Positions 18,482-27,708 are shown, counted from the stretch's first letter. The stretch: 64,000 nucleotides of DNA from an uncultured Gemmatimonadales bacterium (GCA_963816355.1 CAWFKH010000003.1:736001-800000); one strand, 5' to 3'. Notes: generated from the letters alone by a model not told the origin. Numbers and translations are program-made.

Positions 18482-19279
18482 ATGAACGAGCAGCAGGGCG
18501 CCGGTCTGCCGGCGCCGGACCTGGGCCGTCGGCGCGAGCTCGTCGTCGAGATCCTCTGCCGCGCGTTCGCCGCAGACGGCCTCGACGTCGCCGAGCTGGA
18601 GCATCGGCTCGACCTGGCTCACCGCGCCCGCACGCCCGCCGAGCTGGACGCGTTGACGAGGGATCTGCCCACCGCCGCCGATCCGGCCGCGCCGGCCGCG
18701 GAGCGCTTCGCCCCCATGGCGAAGCAGGAGGCGGCCGCCGCGTCCGCGGGGCGGCGCCGCACCGTCGCCGAGCCCGAGAACCGGCGCCGCTTCGGAATGA
18801 TGCTGGCCGTTCTCGGCGGCTACCGCCGCCGCGGCCACTGGACGCCGCCCGAGCACATGGCCGTCATCGCGTGCATGGGCGGCGCCGAGCTCGACTTCCG
18901 CGACGCGGCCATCGGCGAGCACGGCGCCCACGTCACCGCGTTCGGCTTCTGCGGCGGCGTGGAGATCATCGTGCCACCGGAGATCCGCGTCGAGATCGAC
19001 GGCCTCGCCGTGCTCGGCGGCTTCGACGAGGACGACACGCGGCCGGAGCCGCCGCCGGCCGGCGCCCCGGTGCTGCGCGTCGACGGCCTCGCGCTGCTGG
19101 GTGGGGTCTCGGTCACGGTGCGGCTGCCGGGGGAGAGCGCGCGCGACGCCCGCCGCCGTGGGCGAGAGCTGCGAAGGCAGGAGATCCGGGAACGCGTCGG
19201 CCGCCGGGCGGCCGATCGGGCGGAGCGCCGCATCGACCGCATCGAGCGGCGCCTCGGCGAATACGACCGCCAGCCGTAA
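18482..19279 (+). CDS. DUF1707 / LiaF-like domain protein
   Basis: RELVVEILCRAFAADGLDVAELEHRLD..ARTPAELDALTRDLP (DUF1707); C-terminal GGAELDF, GGVEIIVPP and GGVSV beta repeats. Confidence 0.82.
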   Translation: MNEQQGAGLPAPDLGRRRELVVEILCRAFAADGLDVAELEHRLDLAHRARTPAELDALTRDLPTAADPAAPAAERFAPMAKQEAAAASAGRRRTVAEPENRRRFGMMLAVLGGYRRRGHWTPPEHMAVIACMGGAELDFRDAAIGEHGAHVTAFGFCGGVEIIVPPEIRVEIDGLAVLGGFDEDDTRPEPPPAGAPVLRVDGLALLGGVSVTVRLPGESARDARRRGRELRRQEIRERVGRRAADRAERRIDRIERRLGEYDRQP

Positions 19280-19292
19280 CGTCGGCCGCCGA

Positions 19293-21782
19293 TCAGGCCA
19301 GCCGCGTCTCCAGCAGCCGCCGCGCCATCTCCGGATTCGCGCGGCCGCCGCTCCCGCGCATCACCGCCCCCATGAAGAAACCGATCAGCCCCGTGTGGCC
19401 CGCGCGGTAGTCCGCGACCTTTTCGGGATGCCCGGCGACGACCTCCTCGACCAGCCGCGCGAGCGCCGCTTCGTCGCTGATCTGCGTAAGTCCGCGCCGT
19501 GCCACGATCTCCTCCGGGTGGCCGCCCTCGCGCGCAAGCTCCGCCAGCACCTCGCGCGCCGCGCTGCTCGTCAGCGCGCCCACCTCCACCAGGCGGACCA
19601 GCTCGCCGAAGTCGCGCGCGGAGAACGGCAGGTCCTCCAGCGTGCGCTCGCCGATCTCCCGCGGCAGCTCGTTCACCAGCCAGTTCGCCACGCCCTGCGG
19701 CCGCGCACCGGCCGCCAGCGCCGCCTCGAAGAAGTCCGCCGTCGCCTCCTCCCGCGTCAGGATCTCCGCGTCCTCCGCCGAGGTCCCCAACTCCGTCTCG
19801 AAACGACCGCGCCGCTCCTGCAGCGCCGCCGACCGCTCGGGTGCGACCGGCGCCTCGCGACCGGCTCCGGCGCTTCCGGGCGCCCGCTGCGCCGACGCCT
19901 GCCGCGCCGGAGCGGCCCCCGCGCTGGTCTCGCCCCCTGCCGTCGGAGCGCCCGCCGCACCGCCCGCGCCCGCCGCACCGGCCGCACCGGCCATACTGAC
20001 CGCGCCCGCCTGCGCCTTCGCCCACGTGTCGCGCAGCGTGACGGTCCGGTTGAAGACGAGGTGGTCCGGCCTCGAATCGACGGCGTCGGAGACGAAGTAG
20101 CCGAGGCGCTCGAACTGGTAGCGCGAGCCGGGCGGATCGTCGGCGATGGAGGGCTCGACGCGGGCGTCGGGCAGCACGACGAGTGAATCCGGATTGAGAA
20201 AGTCCGTGAAGTCACCGCTCGTATCTGCTGCTACGGCATCGGGATCGGGTACCGTGAACAAACGATCGTAGAGGCGGACCTCGCACGGCAGCGAGCGGGC
20301 GGCCGAGACCCAGTGCAGCGTTCCGGCGGGCGAACGGCCATCGGGCGAGGCGCCGCCGCGTGTAGCCGGATCGTAGGAGCAGCGGAGCTCGATCACGTCG
20401 CCGGCTTCGTCGGTGATGACCTCGTCGCACGTGATGAAGTAGGCGTAGCGGAGGCGGACCTCGGCGCCGGGCGAGAGGCGTCGCCAGCCCCGGGGTGGGT
20501 CGGTGGCGAAGTCGTCGCGCTCGATGAAGATCTCGCGGGAGAAGGGGAGCGGGCGCGAGCCCTCGAGCGGGACGTCGTGTGGATAGAGCGGTGCCTGGAG
20601 CTCCTCGACGCGGTCGGCGGGGAAGTTGGTGACGACGACCCTGAGCGGCCGCTGCACGCAGAGCACGCGGGGGACGCGGCGGTTCAGCTCGTCGCGGATC
20701 GTGAACTCGAGCTTGCCGATGTCGACGCGGCTGTTGGTCTTGGCGACGCCGACGAGCTCGGCGAAGCTGCGGATCGCCTCGGGCGGGACGCCGCGCCGGC
20801 GGAGCCCGGCGAGCGTGGCGAGGCGCGGGTCGTCCCAGCCGGCGACGTCGCCCCCCTTCACGAGCGTGAGCAGCTTGCGCTTGCTCATGATGGTGTAGTC
20901 GAGGTTGAGGCGTGCGAACTCGTACTGATGGGGACGGGCGGGGAGGTTCGCGTGCTCGACGACCCAGTCGTAGAGGGGGCGGTTCGTCTCGAATTCGAGG
21001 CTGCAGAGCGAGTGCGTGACGCCCTCGATCGCGTCCTCGAGCGGGTGCGCGTAGTCGTAGAGCGGGTAGATGCACCAGTCGTCGCCGGTGCGATAGTGGG
21101 TGGCGTGCCGGATGCGGTAGAGGACCGGGTCGCGCAGCAGCATGTTCGGCGAAGCCATGTCGATCTTCGCGCGCAGCACGTGGGCGCCGTCGGGGAACTC
21201 GCCGGCGCGCATGCGGCGCAGCAGGTCGAGGTTCTCCTCGACGCTGCGCGAGCGAAACGGGCTGGGGGTTCCGGGCTCGGTGATGGTGCCGCGGTTGCGG
21301 CGGATCTCTTCCTCGCTCTGGCTGTCGACGTAGGCGTGGCGGCCGCGCACGAGCCGTTCGGCGATCTCGTACATGCGGCCGAAGTAGTCGGAAGCGAAGT
21401 AGAGGTGATCGCCCCAGTCGAAGCCGAGCCAGCGGATCGTGTCCTGGATCGACTGCACGTATTCCGGCTTCTCGGTCTCGGGGTTGGTGTCGTCGAAGCG
21501 CAGGTGGCAGCGCGCGCCCGGCACCTCGAGCGCGAGGCCGAAGTTGAGAGTGATCGCCTTGGCGTGCCCGATGTGGAGGAATCCGTTCGGCTCCGGCGGG
21601 AAGCGCGTGACGATCGTCGCGTAGCGGCCCGCGGCGAGGTCGTCGGCGACGATCTGGCGGATGAAGTCGCGCGGCTCGAGCGCCGGCGCGGGGCCGGATG
21701 CGTGAGCGCCGGACTCGGGCACGGGCGCGTCGTCGGGCGGTGGCGCGGCGGCGCCGTCTGGTCCGCGGTTCGTGGGGGTCAC
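19293..21782 (-). CDS. glnS: Glutamine--tRNA ligase with C-terminal YqeY/GatB-like domain
   Basis: TRFPPEPNGFLHIGH, MSKRK, QFERLGYF, FNRTVTLRD; then an Ala/Gly linker and GatB/YqeY tail (GFFMGAVMR..GRANP). Confidence 0.95.
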   Translation of the reverse strand: MTPTNRGPDGAAAPPPDDAPVPESGAHASGPAPALEPRDFIRQIVADDLAAGRYATIVTRFPPEPNGFLHIGHAKAITLNFGLALEVPGARCHLRFDDTNPETEKPEYVQSIQDTIRWLGFDWGDHLYFASDYFGRMYEIAERLVRGRHAYVDSQSEEEIRRNRGTITEPGTPSPFRSRSVEENLDLLRRMRAGEFPDGAHVLRAKIDMASPNMLLRDPVLYRIRHATHYRTGDDWCIYPLYDYAHPLEDAIEGVTHSLCSLEFETNRPLYDWVVEHANLPARPHQYEFARLNLDYTIMSKRKLLTLVKGGDVAGWDDPRLATLAGLRRRGVPPEAIRSFAELVGVAKTNSRVDIGKLEFTIRDELNRRVPRVLCVQRPLRVVVTNFPADRVEELQAPLYPHDVPLEGSRPLPFSREIFIERDDFATDPPRGWRRLSPGAEVRLRYAYFITCDEVITDEAGDVIELRCSYDPATRGGASPDGRSPAGTLHWVSAARSLPCEVRLYDRLFTVPDPDAVAADTSGDFTDFLNPDSLVVLPDARVEPSIADDPPGSRYQFERLGYFVSDAVDSRPDHLVFNRTVTLRDTWAKAQAGAVSMAGAAGAAGAGGAAGAPTAGGETSAGAAPARQASAQRAPGSAGAGREAPVAPERSAALQERRGRFETELGTSAEDAEILTREEATADFFEAALAAGARPQGVANWLVNELPREIGERTLEDLPFSARDFGELVRLVEVGALTSSAAREVLAELAREGGHPEEIVARRGLTQISDEAALARLVEEVVAGHPEKVADYRAGHTGLIGFFMGAVMRGSGGRANPEMARRLLETRLA

Positions 21783-21942
21783 GGGCTCGTCGTCTCGGGT
21801 GGGGGGCGTCTCGCGGGAGGTCCGGAGCGCACCGGAGCAGAGTAGGGGATCGGGCGGGGACGGTCCAGTGGGAGGGCGGCGGCACTGGCGGCGGCGCGCG
21901 ATCGCGGACTACGTTGGCCCCTCGCTCAGAGGGAGGATCTTC

Positions 21943-22512
21943 ATGACATTGATGCGGCTGATCGCCTCGTTGCAGCGCCTTGCGCTGCAACGCCTCGCGC
22001 TGCTGCTCGGCGCGCTGCTGCTCGGCGCGGCGGCGTGCTCCGGCGCTCCGGAAACCTCGGACCTGCCGCCGGCCAACCGCGTCGTGCGCAGCTACGATCC
22101 GTCGCTGCAGGTGGACCTGTCGCGGATGGAGCGGCGGCCGGGCGGTCTCTACGTGCAGGACGTGCAGGTGGGGGACGGCCCGCGCGCGGATTCGGGCGAC
22201 GTCGTCACCGTGCACTACACCGGCTGGCTGCCGCAGGGCCGGAAGTTCGACAGCAGTCGCGACCGCGGCCGGCCGTTCGAGGTGGCGATCGGATACGGCC
22301 GGGTGATCCAGGGGTGGGACCGCGGCATCGTCGGCATGCGAGTCGGCGGGCGGCGTCGCCTCGTCATCCCGCCGGCTCTGGCGTACGGCGCCGAGCGGTC
22401 CGGCCCGATTCCGCCGAACTCGACGCTGGTCTTCGATGTCGAGCTGCTGGACGTGGTGAACCGCACGCCGGAGCAGCCGCACGACACGGCCGCCGAGAGC
22501 GCGGGCGGCTGA
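21943..22512 (+). CDS. FKBP-type peptidyl-prolyl isomerase, lipoprotein
   Basis: VHYTGWL, FDSS, VIQGWD, IPPALAYG, STLVFDVELL; AAAC lipobox; GGAGG SD. Confidence 0.92.
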   Translation: MTLMRLIASLQRLALQRLALLLGALLLGAAACSGAPETSDLPPANRVVRSYDPSLQVDLSRMERRPGGLYVQDVQVGDGPRADSGDVVTVHYTGWLPQGRKFDSSRDRGRPFEVAIGYGRVIQGWDRGIVGMRVGGRRRLVIPPALAYGAERSGPIPPNSTLVFDVELLDVVNRTPEQPHDTAAESAGG

Positions 22513-22517
22513 GCGCC

Positions 22518-23978
22518 GTGGCTTCCGACGCTGCGATCCGGGTCCGCTTCGCGCCTTCGCCGACCGGCTACCTGCACGTCGGCGGCGCCCGCACGGCCCT
22601 CTTCAACTGGCTCTTCGCGCGCCGCCACGGCGGCGCGTTCATCCTGCGCATCGAGGACACGGACCGCGAGCGCTCGAGCGACGCGATGACGCGCGTGATC
22701 CTGGACGGCATGCGCTGGCTCGGCCTCGACTGGGACGAGGGGCCGCTGCACCAGGCGGACGGGCTGGAGCGCCACCGCGCCGAAGCGCTCCGCCTGCTCG
22801 AGGCGGGCGCCGCCTACCGTTGCTTCTGCACGCCGGAGGCGATCGAGGCGCGTCGCGCCGCGGCGGGCATCGCGCCGGAAGCGTTCCGCTACGACCGCCA
22901 CTGCCGGCTCCACGTCACGCCCGAGGCGGCCGCGCGCCGGGCGGCGGCGGGAGAGGCGTTCACCGTGCGCTTCCACGTTCCCGAGGGCGAGTCGGTGTGG
23001 GACGACGCCGTTCACGGCGAGATCCGCTTCGCCAACGCCGAGCTGGAGGACTTCATCGTCCTCCGCAGCGACGGAACGCCGATCTACAACCTCGCCGTCG
23101 TCAGCGACGACGTCGCGATGCGCGTGACGCACGTGATCCGCGGCGACGACCACATCTCCAACACGCCGAAGCAGATCCTGCTCTATCGTGCGCTCGGCTA
23201 CCCGGTGCCGATCTTCGGCCATGTGCCGGTGATCCTCGGCGAGGACGGGCGCAAGCTGTCGAAGCGCCACGGCGCCGCGGCGGTCTCCGAGTACCGCGAG
23301 GAAGGCATCTTGCCGTGGGCGCTGGTCAACTTCCTGGCGCTCCTCGGCTGGTCCCCCGGCGACGACGAGGAGATCTTCGACGTGGCCGAGCTGATCGCTC
23401 GCTTCGGCCTCGGCGCGATCAACAAGAAGAGCGCCGTCTTCGACCCGCAGAAGCTGGAGTGGCTGAACGGCCAGCACATGAGTCGCACGCCGGCGGAACG
23501 GCTCGAGCCGCTCGTCGCGCCCCGCATCGTCGCCGCGGGTCTCGCCGACGCCGAGGAACTGCGGCGCCGGCGCGCGTGGTTCCTCCACCTGATCGACCTG
23601 CTCAAGGTGCGCGCGCGCAGGCTGGACGACTTTGTGCCACAGGCGCGCGCATACTTCCCGGGACCGGTCGACTACGACGAGGATGCGGTGCGCAAGCACT
23701 GGAAGGACGCCGGGGCCGTGGCGTCGCGCCTCGCGGCCCTGCGCGACCGCTTCGCGCGCGTCGAGCCGTGGGGCGAGGCTGCGCTCGAGGCCGCGCTCCG
23801 CGGCCTCGCGGACGAGCTGGGCGTCGGCGCGGGGAAGCTGATCCACCCGCTCCGCGTCGCGCTCACCGGCGCCGCCGTATCACCCGGCATCTTCGAGGTG
23901 CTCGCCGCGGTGGGACCCGTCGTGACGCGCGCGCGCCTCGACGCGGCGCTCGCCCGCCTCGGCGCGTCGGAGACGTAG
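22518..23978 (+). CDS. gltX: Glutamate--tRNA ligase
   Basis: RFAPSPTGYLHVGG, RIEDTD, KLSKRHG, PLRVALTG. Confidence 0.95.
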   Translation: MASDAAIRVRFAPSPTGYLHVGGARTALFNWLFARRHGGAFILRIEDTDRERSSDAMTRVILDGMRWLGLDWDEGPLHQADGLERHRAEALRLLEAGAAYRCFCTPEAIEARRAAAGIAPEAFRYDRHCRLHVTPEAAARRAAAGEAFTVRFHVPEGESVWDDAVHGEIRFANAELEDFIVLRSDGTPIYNLAVVSDDVAMRVTHVIRGDDHISNTPKQILLYRALGYPVPIFGHVPVILGEDGRKLSKRHGAAAVSEYREEGILPWALVNFLALLGWSPGDDEEIFDVAELIARFGLGAINKKSAVFDPQKLEWLNGQHMSRTPAERLEPLVAPRIVAAGLADAEELRRRRAWFLHLIDLLKVRARRLDDFVPQARAYFPGPVDYDEDAVRKHWKDAGAVASRLAALRDRFARVEPWGEAALEAALRGLADELGVGAGKLIHPLRVALTGAAVSPGIFEVLAAVGPVVTRARLDAALARLGASET

Positions 23979-24042
23979 GCGCCGGCCGCGAACGGCTCGG
24001 CGCCGCCGGCGCTGGCGAGCGGTGACGCGGTGACTGCCTCCG

Positions 24043-24118
24043 GCGCCGTTGACGGCCTCGAGCGCCGTTGACGGCCTCCGGCGCCGTTGACGGCCTCGAG
24101 CGCCGTTGACGGCCCCCG
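24043..24118 (+). repeat. 19-bp tandem repeat x4 (GCGCCGTTGACGGCCTCsr)
   Basis: Units at 24043, 24062, 24081 and 24100, with a degenerate partial unit from 24031; each holds the GCCGT-TG-ACGGC palindrome. Confidence 0.92.
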
Positions 24119-24135
24119 GCGCGCCGGATTATCTT
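24106..24135 (+). promoter_or_regulatory. Sigma-70 promoter of tRNA-Gln (TTGACG-N18-TATCTT)
   Basis: -35 supplied by the last repeat unit; -10 about 22 bp before the tRNA. Confidence 0.6.
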
Positions 24136-24157
24136 GCGGCAAACAGACACGACAACC

Positions 24158-24230
24158 TGCCCCTTGGTGTAACTGGCAACACGCCTGACTCTGGATCAGG
24201 AGAGTCCTGGTTCGAGCCCAGGAGGGGCAA
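24158..24230 (+). tRNA. tRNA-Gln (anticodon CTG)
   Basis: TGCCCCT/AGGGGCA acceptor stem, CCTGA-CTCTGGA-TCAGG anticodon arm, GTTCGAG T loop; CCA not encoded. Confidence 0.96.
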
Positions 24231-24283
24231 TTCGCGGGAGGCGGCTGGCGAAGCCGATGCCCTATGCGGTTTTCCAGGTCGAT

Positions 24284-24326
24284 GCGCGGTCCGAACGCCC
24301 GAGGGTGCGGTCGGCCGCGCTTTTTT
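24284..24326 (+). terminator. Probable rho-independent terminator after tRNA-Gln
   Basis: GCGCGGTCCGA...TCGGCCGCGC stem followed by TTTTTT. Confidence 0.65.
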
Positions 24327-24345
24327 CGTGTGCGGGGAGATTGGG

Positions 24346-24969
24346 ATGCCTGAGCCGTTGACGGATCTGGAGCACCGGATCCTCGAGTACCTGATTGAGT
24401 ACCTCCGGGTGAACACGTATCAGCCCTCGATCCGCGAGATCGGCCGCCGCTTCGACATCAAGAGCACGAAGACGGTGTCGGAGTACCTCCAGGCGCTCGC
24501 GCGCAAGGGATGGGTCGAGCGCGACCCGTCTCGCTCGCGCGGCGTCCGCCTGCTCGGCGTCGATCTCCGCATGGGCGGCGTGGCTGCGGACGTGATCGCC
24601 ATTGGAACGGGCGATGGCGACGCCGCATTCGACCCCGCGGTCTTCCGCGCGTTGCGCGTGGTGACCACGGCCCCGGGCCTCTCGGACCTCGGGTGTCGCA
24701 CGGGCGATCTGCTATTCGTCCAGGGGTTGGACGACGCGCCGCTGGACGACGGCGACATCGTCGCGGCCCGCTATGGCGCTGTCGTCGCCGCCGGACGGTG
24801 CGTGGCCGGCGCGGACGGCCTGCGGCTCGAGGGCCTCTCCTCCGAGCCACTGTCGCTGCTGCCGGAGCCGGCAGAGGGCCTGCAGGTGCTCGGGCGCGCC
24901 GTCGGTTGCTGGAGGCCGTTCCCGCAGCGCTCCCGGACCGAGACACCGATCGCCGGCGAGGCCACCTGA
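24346..24969 (+). CDS. LexA-like repressor with degenerate peptidase domain
   Basis: Clear LexA N-terminal wHTH (YQPSIREIG, LQALARKGWVERDPSRSRGVRLL); C-terminus lacks the Ala-Gly site, GDSM and catalytic Lys. Confidence 0.82.
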   Translation: MPEPLTDLEHRILEYLIEYLRVNTYQPSIREIGRRFDIKSTKTVSEYLQALARKGWVERDPSRSRGVRLLGVDLRMGGVAADVIAIGTGDGDAAFDPAVFRALRVVTTAPGLSDLGCRTGDLLFVQGLDDAPLDDGDIVAARYGAVVAAGRCVAGADGLRLEGLSSEPLSLLPEPAEGLQVLGRAVGCWRPFPQRSRTETPIAGEAT

Positions 24970-25013
24970 TCGAGGCCGCCGACGGCGCTCGCGCTCCGGC
25001 GTCCGAGGACGTG

Positions 25014-25448
25014 ATGTGGATGGCGCGCGCGATGGAGCAGGCCCGCGTCGCCGCGCTCGAGGACGAGGTCCCCGTTGGTGCGGTGCTCGTCGTGGCCGGC
25101 CGTCTCGTGGCGGAGGGGCGCAACCGCACCCGCGCCTGGAACGATCCGACGGCGCACGCCGAGATGGTGGCGTTGCGGACCGCCGCCGCGCGCTCACCCA
25201 ACTGGCGGCTGCTCGAGGCGACGCTCTATGTGACGCTCGAGCCGTGCGCCATGTGCGCCGGCGCCCTCGTCCTCGCCCGCGTACGACGCCTCGTGTTCGC
25301 GGCCGCGGATCCGAAGGCCGGCATGTGCGGCTCCCTTGGCTCCATCGTGCAGGACCCCCGCCTGAATCACCGCGTGCCAGTCACTACCGGCGTCCTCGCC
25401 GGGCCCTCCGCCGACCTGCTGCGCCGCTTCTTCGCCGAACGCCGCTGA
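25014..25448 (+). CDS. tadA: tRNA adenosine(34) deaminase
   Basis: EVPVGAV, DPTAHAEM, TLEPCAMCAGA, DPKAG, LNH; start may be 25011 or 24966. Confidence 0.92.
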   Translation: MWMARAMEQARVAALEDEVPVGAVLVVAGRLVAEGRNRTRAWNDPTAHAEMVALRTAAARSPNWRLLEATLYVTLEPCAMCAGALVLARVRRLVFAAADPKAGMCGSLGSIVQDPRLNHRVPVTTGVLAGPSADLLRRFFAERR

Positions 25449-25511
25449 GGGAAGCCCGCCCGGAGAGCGTCCGCCCCGCCGGTCTCGAATCGCCCCTGCG
25501 CCCGCGAGCTG

Positions 25512-25679
25512 CCGTCATTTCGGGCGCGTACGGCTCTGTTCGCGGAAAGTGTGGGTCGGCTCCACGAACCCCGCCATTCCGGGCGCGTGCGGCTCTGTTC
25601 GCGGAAAGTGTGGGTCAGCCCCCACGAACCCCGCCATTCCGGCGCGTGCGGCTCTGTTCGCGGAAAGTGTGGGTCGGCC
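25512..25679 (+). repeat. ~59-bp tandem repeat, ~2.8 copies (core GCTCTGTTCGCGGAAAGTGTGGGT)
   Basis: Units at 25512, 25571 and 25631 with near-identical linkers. Confidence 0.9.
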
Positions 25680-25839
25680 GATCGCGCTCTCAGGCCAACA
25701 GCGATTCCAGGATCCGCAGGTGGAGGAGCGCCTTGCGCCGCGGATCCTGCGGGACCGCCTCACCGGCATGGTCGGCGTGGCGAGCGCGAGCGCATGCGTG
25801 CCTGGGTCACATGCGGGCGATCGCCCGGGGGCGGGCGCC

Positions 25840-25863
25840 ACCCACACTTTTCGCGAACAGAGC
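25840..25863 (-). repeat. Inverted copy of the 24-bp repeat core
   Basis: ACCCACACTTTTCGCGAACAGAGC is the reverse complement of the core with 1 mismatch. Confidence 0.9.
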
Positions 25864-25998
25864 GTTACGAGGGAGCGCGAGCGACATCGGTTGGGTCGGA
25901 CGACGTCGGCCGCGGCGGCCGACGTGGGCTGCGGCGATCTCCTCCGCCGGCCTCCCGGCGCCGGCGAGGCGACGCCGGCCGTTTACCGGCGGCAGCGC

Positions 25999-27546
25999 CT
26001 AGTCGGTCGTCGCTGACGCCCGGTGGTCGCGGCGGCGCAGCGCGCTATGGCGTCGGCCGTAGAAATAGTAGATCGCGAGGCCGATCATGAGCCAGATGGC
26101 GAAGCGGGCCCACGTCTCCCACGGCAGACCGAGCATGAGGCCGATGCAGGAGACGACGGCGAGCACGGGGACGAGAGGGACGAGCGGCGTGCGGAACGGT
26201 CGGGGCCGGTCCGGGTCGGTGCGTCGCAGCACGAGGATGCCGATCGCCACGAGCACGAAGGCGAAGAGGGTCCCGATGTTGGTGAGCTCGATCACCCAGT
26301 CGATCGGCGCGAACGCGGCGAAAAATGCGACGAAGGCGCCCGTGAGGATCGTGGTGACGTGGGGCGTCCGGTACTTGGGGTGGACGCGCGCGGCCCACGG
26401 CGGCAGCAGCCCGTCGCGGGCCATCGCGAAGAAGATGCGCGGCTGGCCGAGCTGGAAGACGAGGAGCACGGACGTCGTGGCGACGACGGCGCCGAACGCG
26501 ATCAGGCCCGCGCCGACATCGAGTCCACGCGCCGAGAACGCGGTGGAGAGCGGGTCGGCGGTGTCGAGGATGTGCCACGGTACGAGACCGGTGAGCACCG
26601 CGGCGACGGCGACGTAGATGATGGTCGTGATCACGAGCGAGGCGATCATCGCGAACGGCATGTCCCGCTGCGGATTGCGGCTCTCTTCGGCCGCGGTGGA
26701 GACGGCGTCGAAACCGATGTAGGCGAAGAACATCAACGCTGCGCCGGTCCAGATCCCGTGAAAGCCGTTCGGCGCGAAAGGCCGCCAGTTCTCCGGCCGG
26801 ACGAAGCGCATGCCGACCACGAGGAAGATCGTGAGCGTGACCAGCTTGACGACGACCATCCCGGTGTTGAACCACGCGCTCTCGCGGATGCCCACGACCA
26901 GAACCCAGGTGATCAGGACGACGATGGCGACGGCGGGAAGGTTGAACACGATCGGCATGCCGAAGAGATGCGGCGCGCCCTGCAGCGTCTCGGCCGCGGT
27001 GCGCACCTGCTCGGAGAGCGTCGCCGGGTCGCCCCCCTGCGCGACGACGTCGCGGACCTGGCCTGCGGCGCGGAACGCGTACAGCGTCGGGACTCCGAGC
27101 CAGCGCGGAAGGGAGACGCCGAGCCCGCGCAGCAGCGTCTGGAAGTAATCGGACCAGCTCACGGCCACCGCGATGTTGCCGACGGCGTACTCGATGATCA
27201 GGTCCCAGCCGATGATCCACGCGACGAGCTCGCCCAGCGTCGCGTACGAGTAGGTGTAGGCGCTCCCCGCGGTCGGAATCATCGCGGCGAACTCGGCGTA
27301 GCAGAGCGCGGCGAAGCCGCAGGCCACGGCCACCAGCACGACGGACAGCATCAGGCCGGGTCCCGCGCCCAGGTGCCCACCGCCGCCCGCGATCGCCGTG
27401 CCGGTCGCCGAGAAGATGCCCGCGCCGATGATCGCGCCGATTCCGAGCGCGGTGAGTTGCCAGGGGCCGAGCGTGCGCTTGAGCTGCGTGTGCTCGGTCT
27501 CGCCCATTTCGACGTCGATGGGCTTCCTGCGCAGGAGCGGGTTCAT
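25999..27546 (-). CDS. APC-family amino acid permease
   Basis: LGIGAIIGAGIF, CYAEFAAMIPTAGSAYTY, FFAYIGFDAVST, RPFRTP. Confidence 0.94.
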   Translation of the reverse strand: MNPLLRRKPIDVEMGETEHTQLKRTLGPWQLTALGIGAIIGAGIFSATGTAIAGGGGHLGAGPGLMLSVVLVAVACGFAALCYAEFAAMIPTAGSAYTYSYATLGELVAWIIGWDLIIEYAVGNIAVAVSWSDYFQTLLRGLGVSLPRWLGVPTLYAFRAAGQVRDVVAQGGDPATLSEQVRTAAETLQGAPHLFGMPIVFNLPAVAIVVLITWVLVVGIRESAWFNTGMVVVKLVTLTIFLVVGMRFVRPENWRPFAPNGFHGIWTGAALMFFAYIGFDAVSTAAEESRNPQRDMPFAMIASLVITTIIYVAVAAVLTGLVPWHILDTADPLSTAFSARGLDVGAGLIAFGAVVATTSVLLVFQLGQPRIFFAMARDGLLPPWAARVHPKYRTPHVTTILTGAFVAFFAAFAPIDWVIELTNIGTLFAFVLVAIGILVLRRTDPDRPRPFRTPLVPLVPVLAVVSCIGLMLGLPWETWARFAIWLMIGLAIYYFYGRRHSALRRRDHRASATTD

Positions 27547-27599
27547 GACGGTGTCGTCCTCGTGCTGTCTGTCGCCGGGAGGAAGCGGGTTTGCGAAGG

Positions 27600-27681
27600 T
27601 AGGGCGGGGGAGGGCGGGAGGCAACGGAGAAGGCGGGATGGACTGCGGGATTGGACTGCGGGGCGGGGAGGGGGGAGAAGG
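27600..27681 (+). repeat. Purine-rich arm with two degenerate GA(T)TGGACTGCGG units
   Basis: Units at 27637 and 27649 resemble the reverse complement of the 13-bp array at 28120. Confidence 0.6.
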
Positions 27682-27708
27682 TTGGGTCCGGGGATGGCCT
27701 GTTGGGGC

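Noticed and set aside
25512..25679. Possible CRISPR array (24-bp repeat, ~35-bp spacing)
   Set aside because: The spacers are near-identical to each other, so this is a tandem repeat; no cas genes
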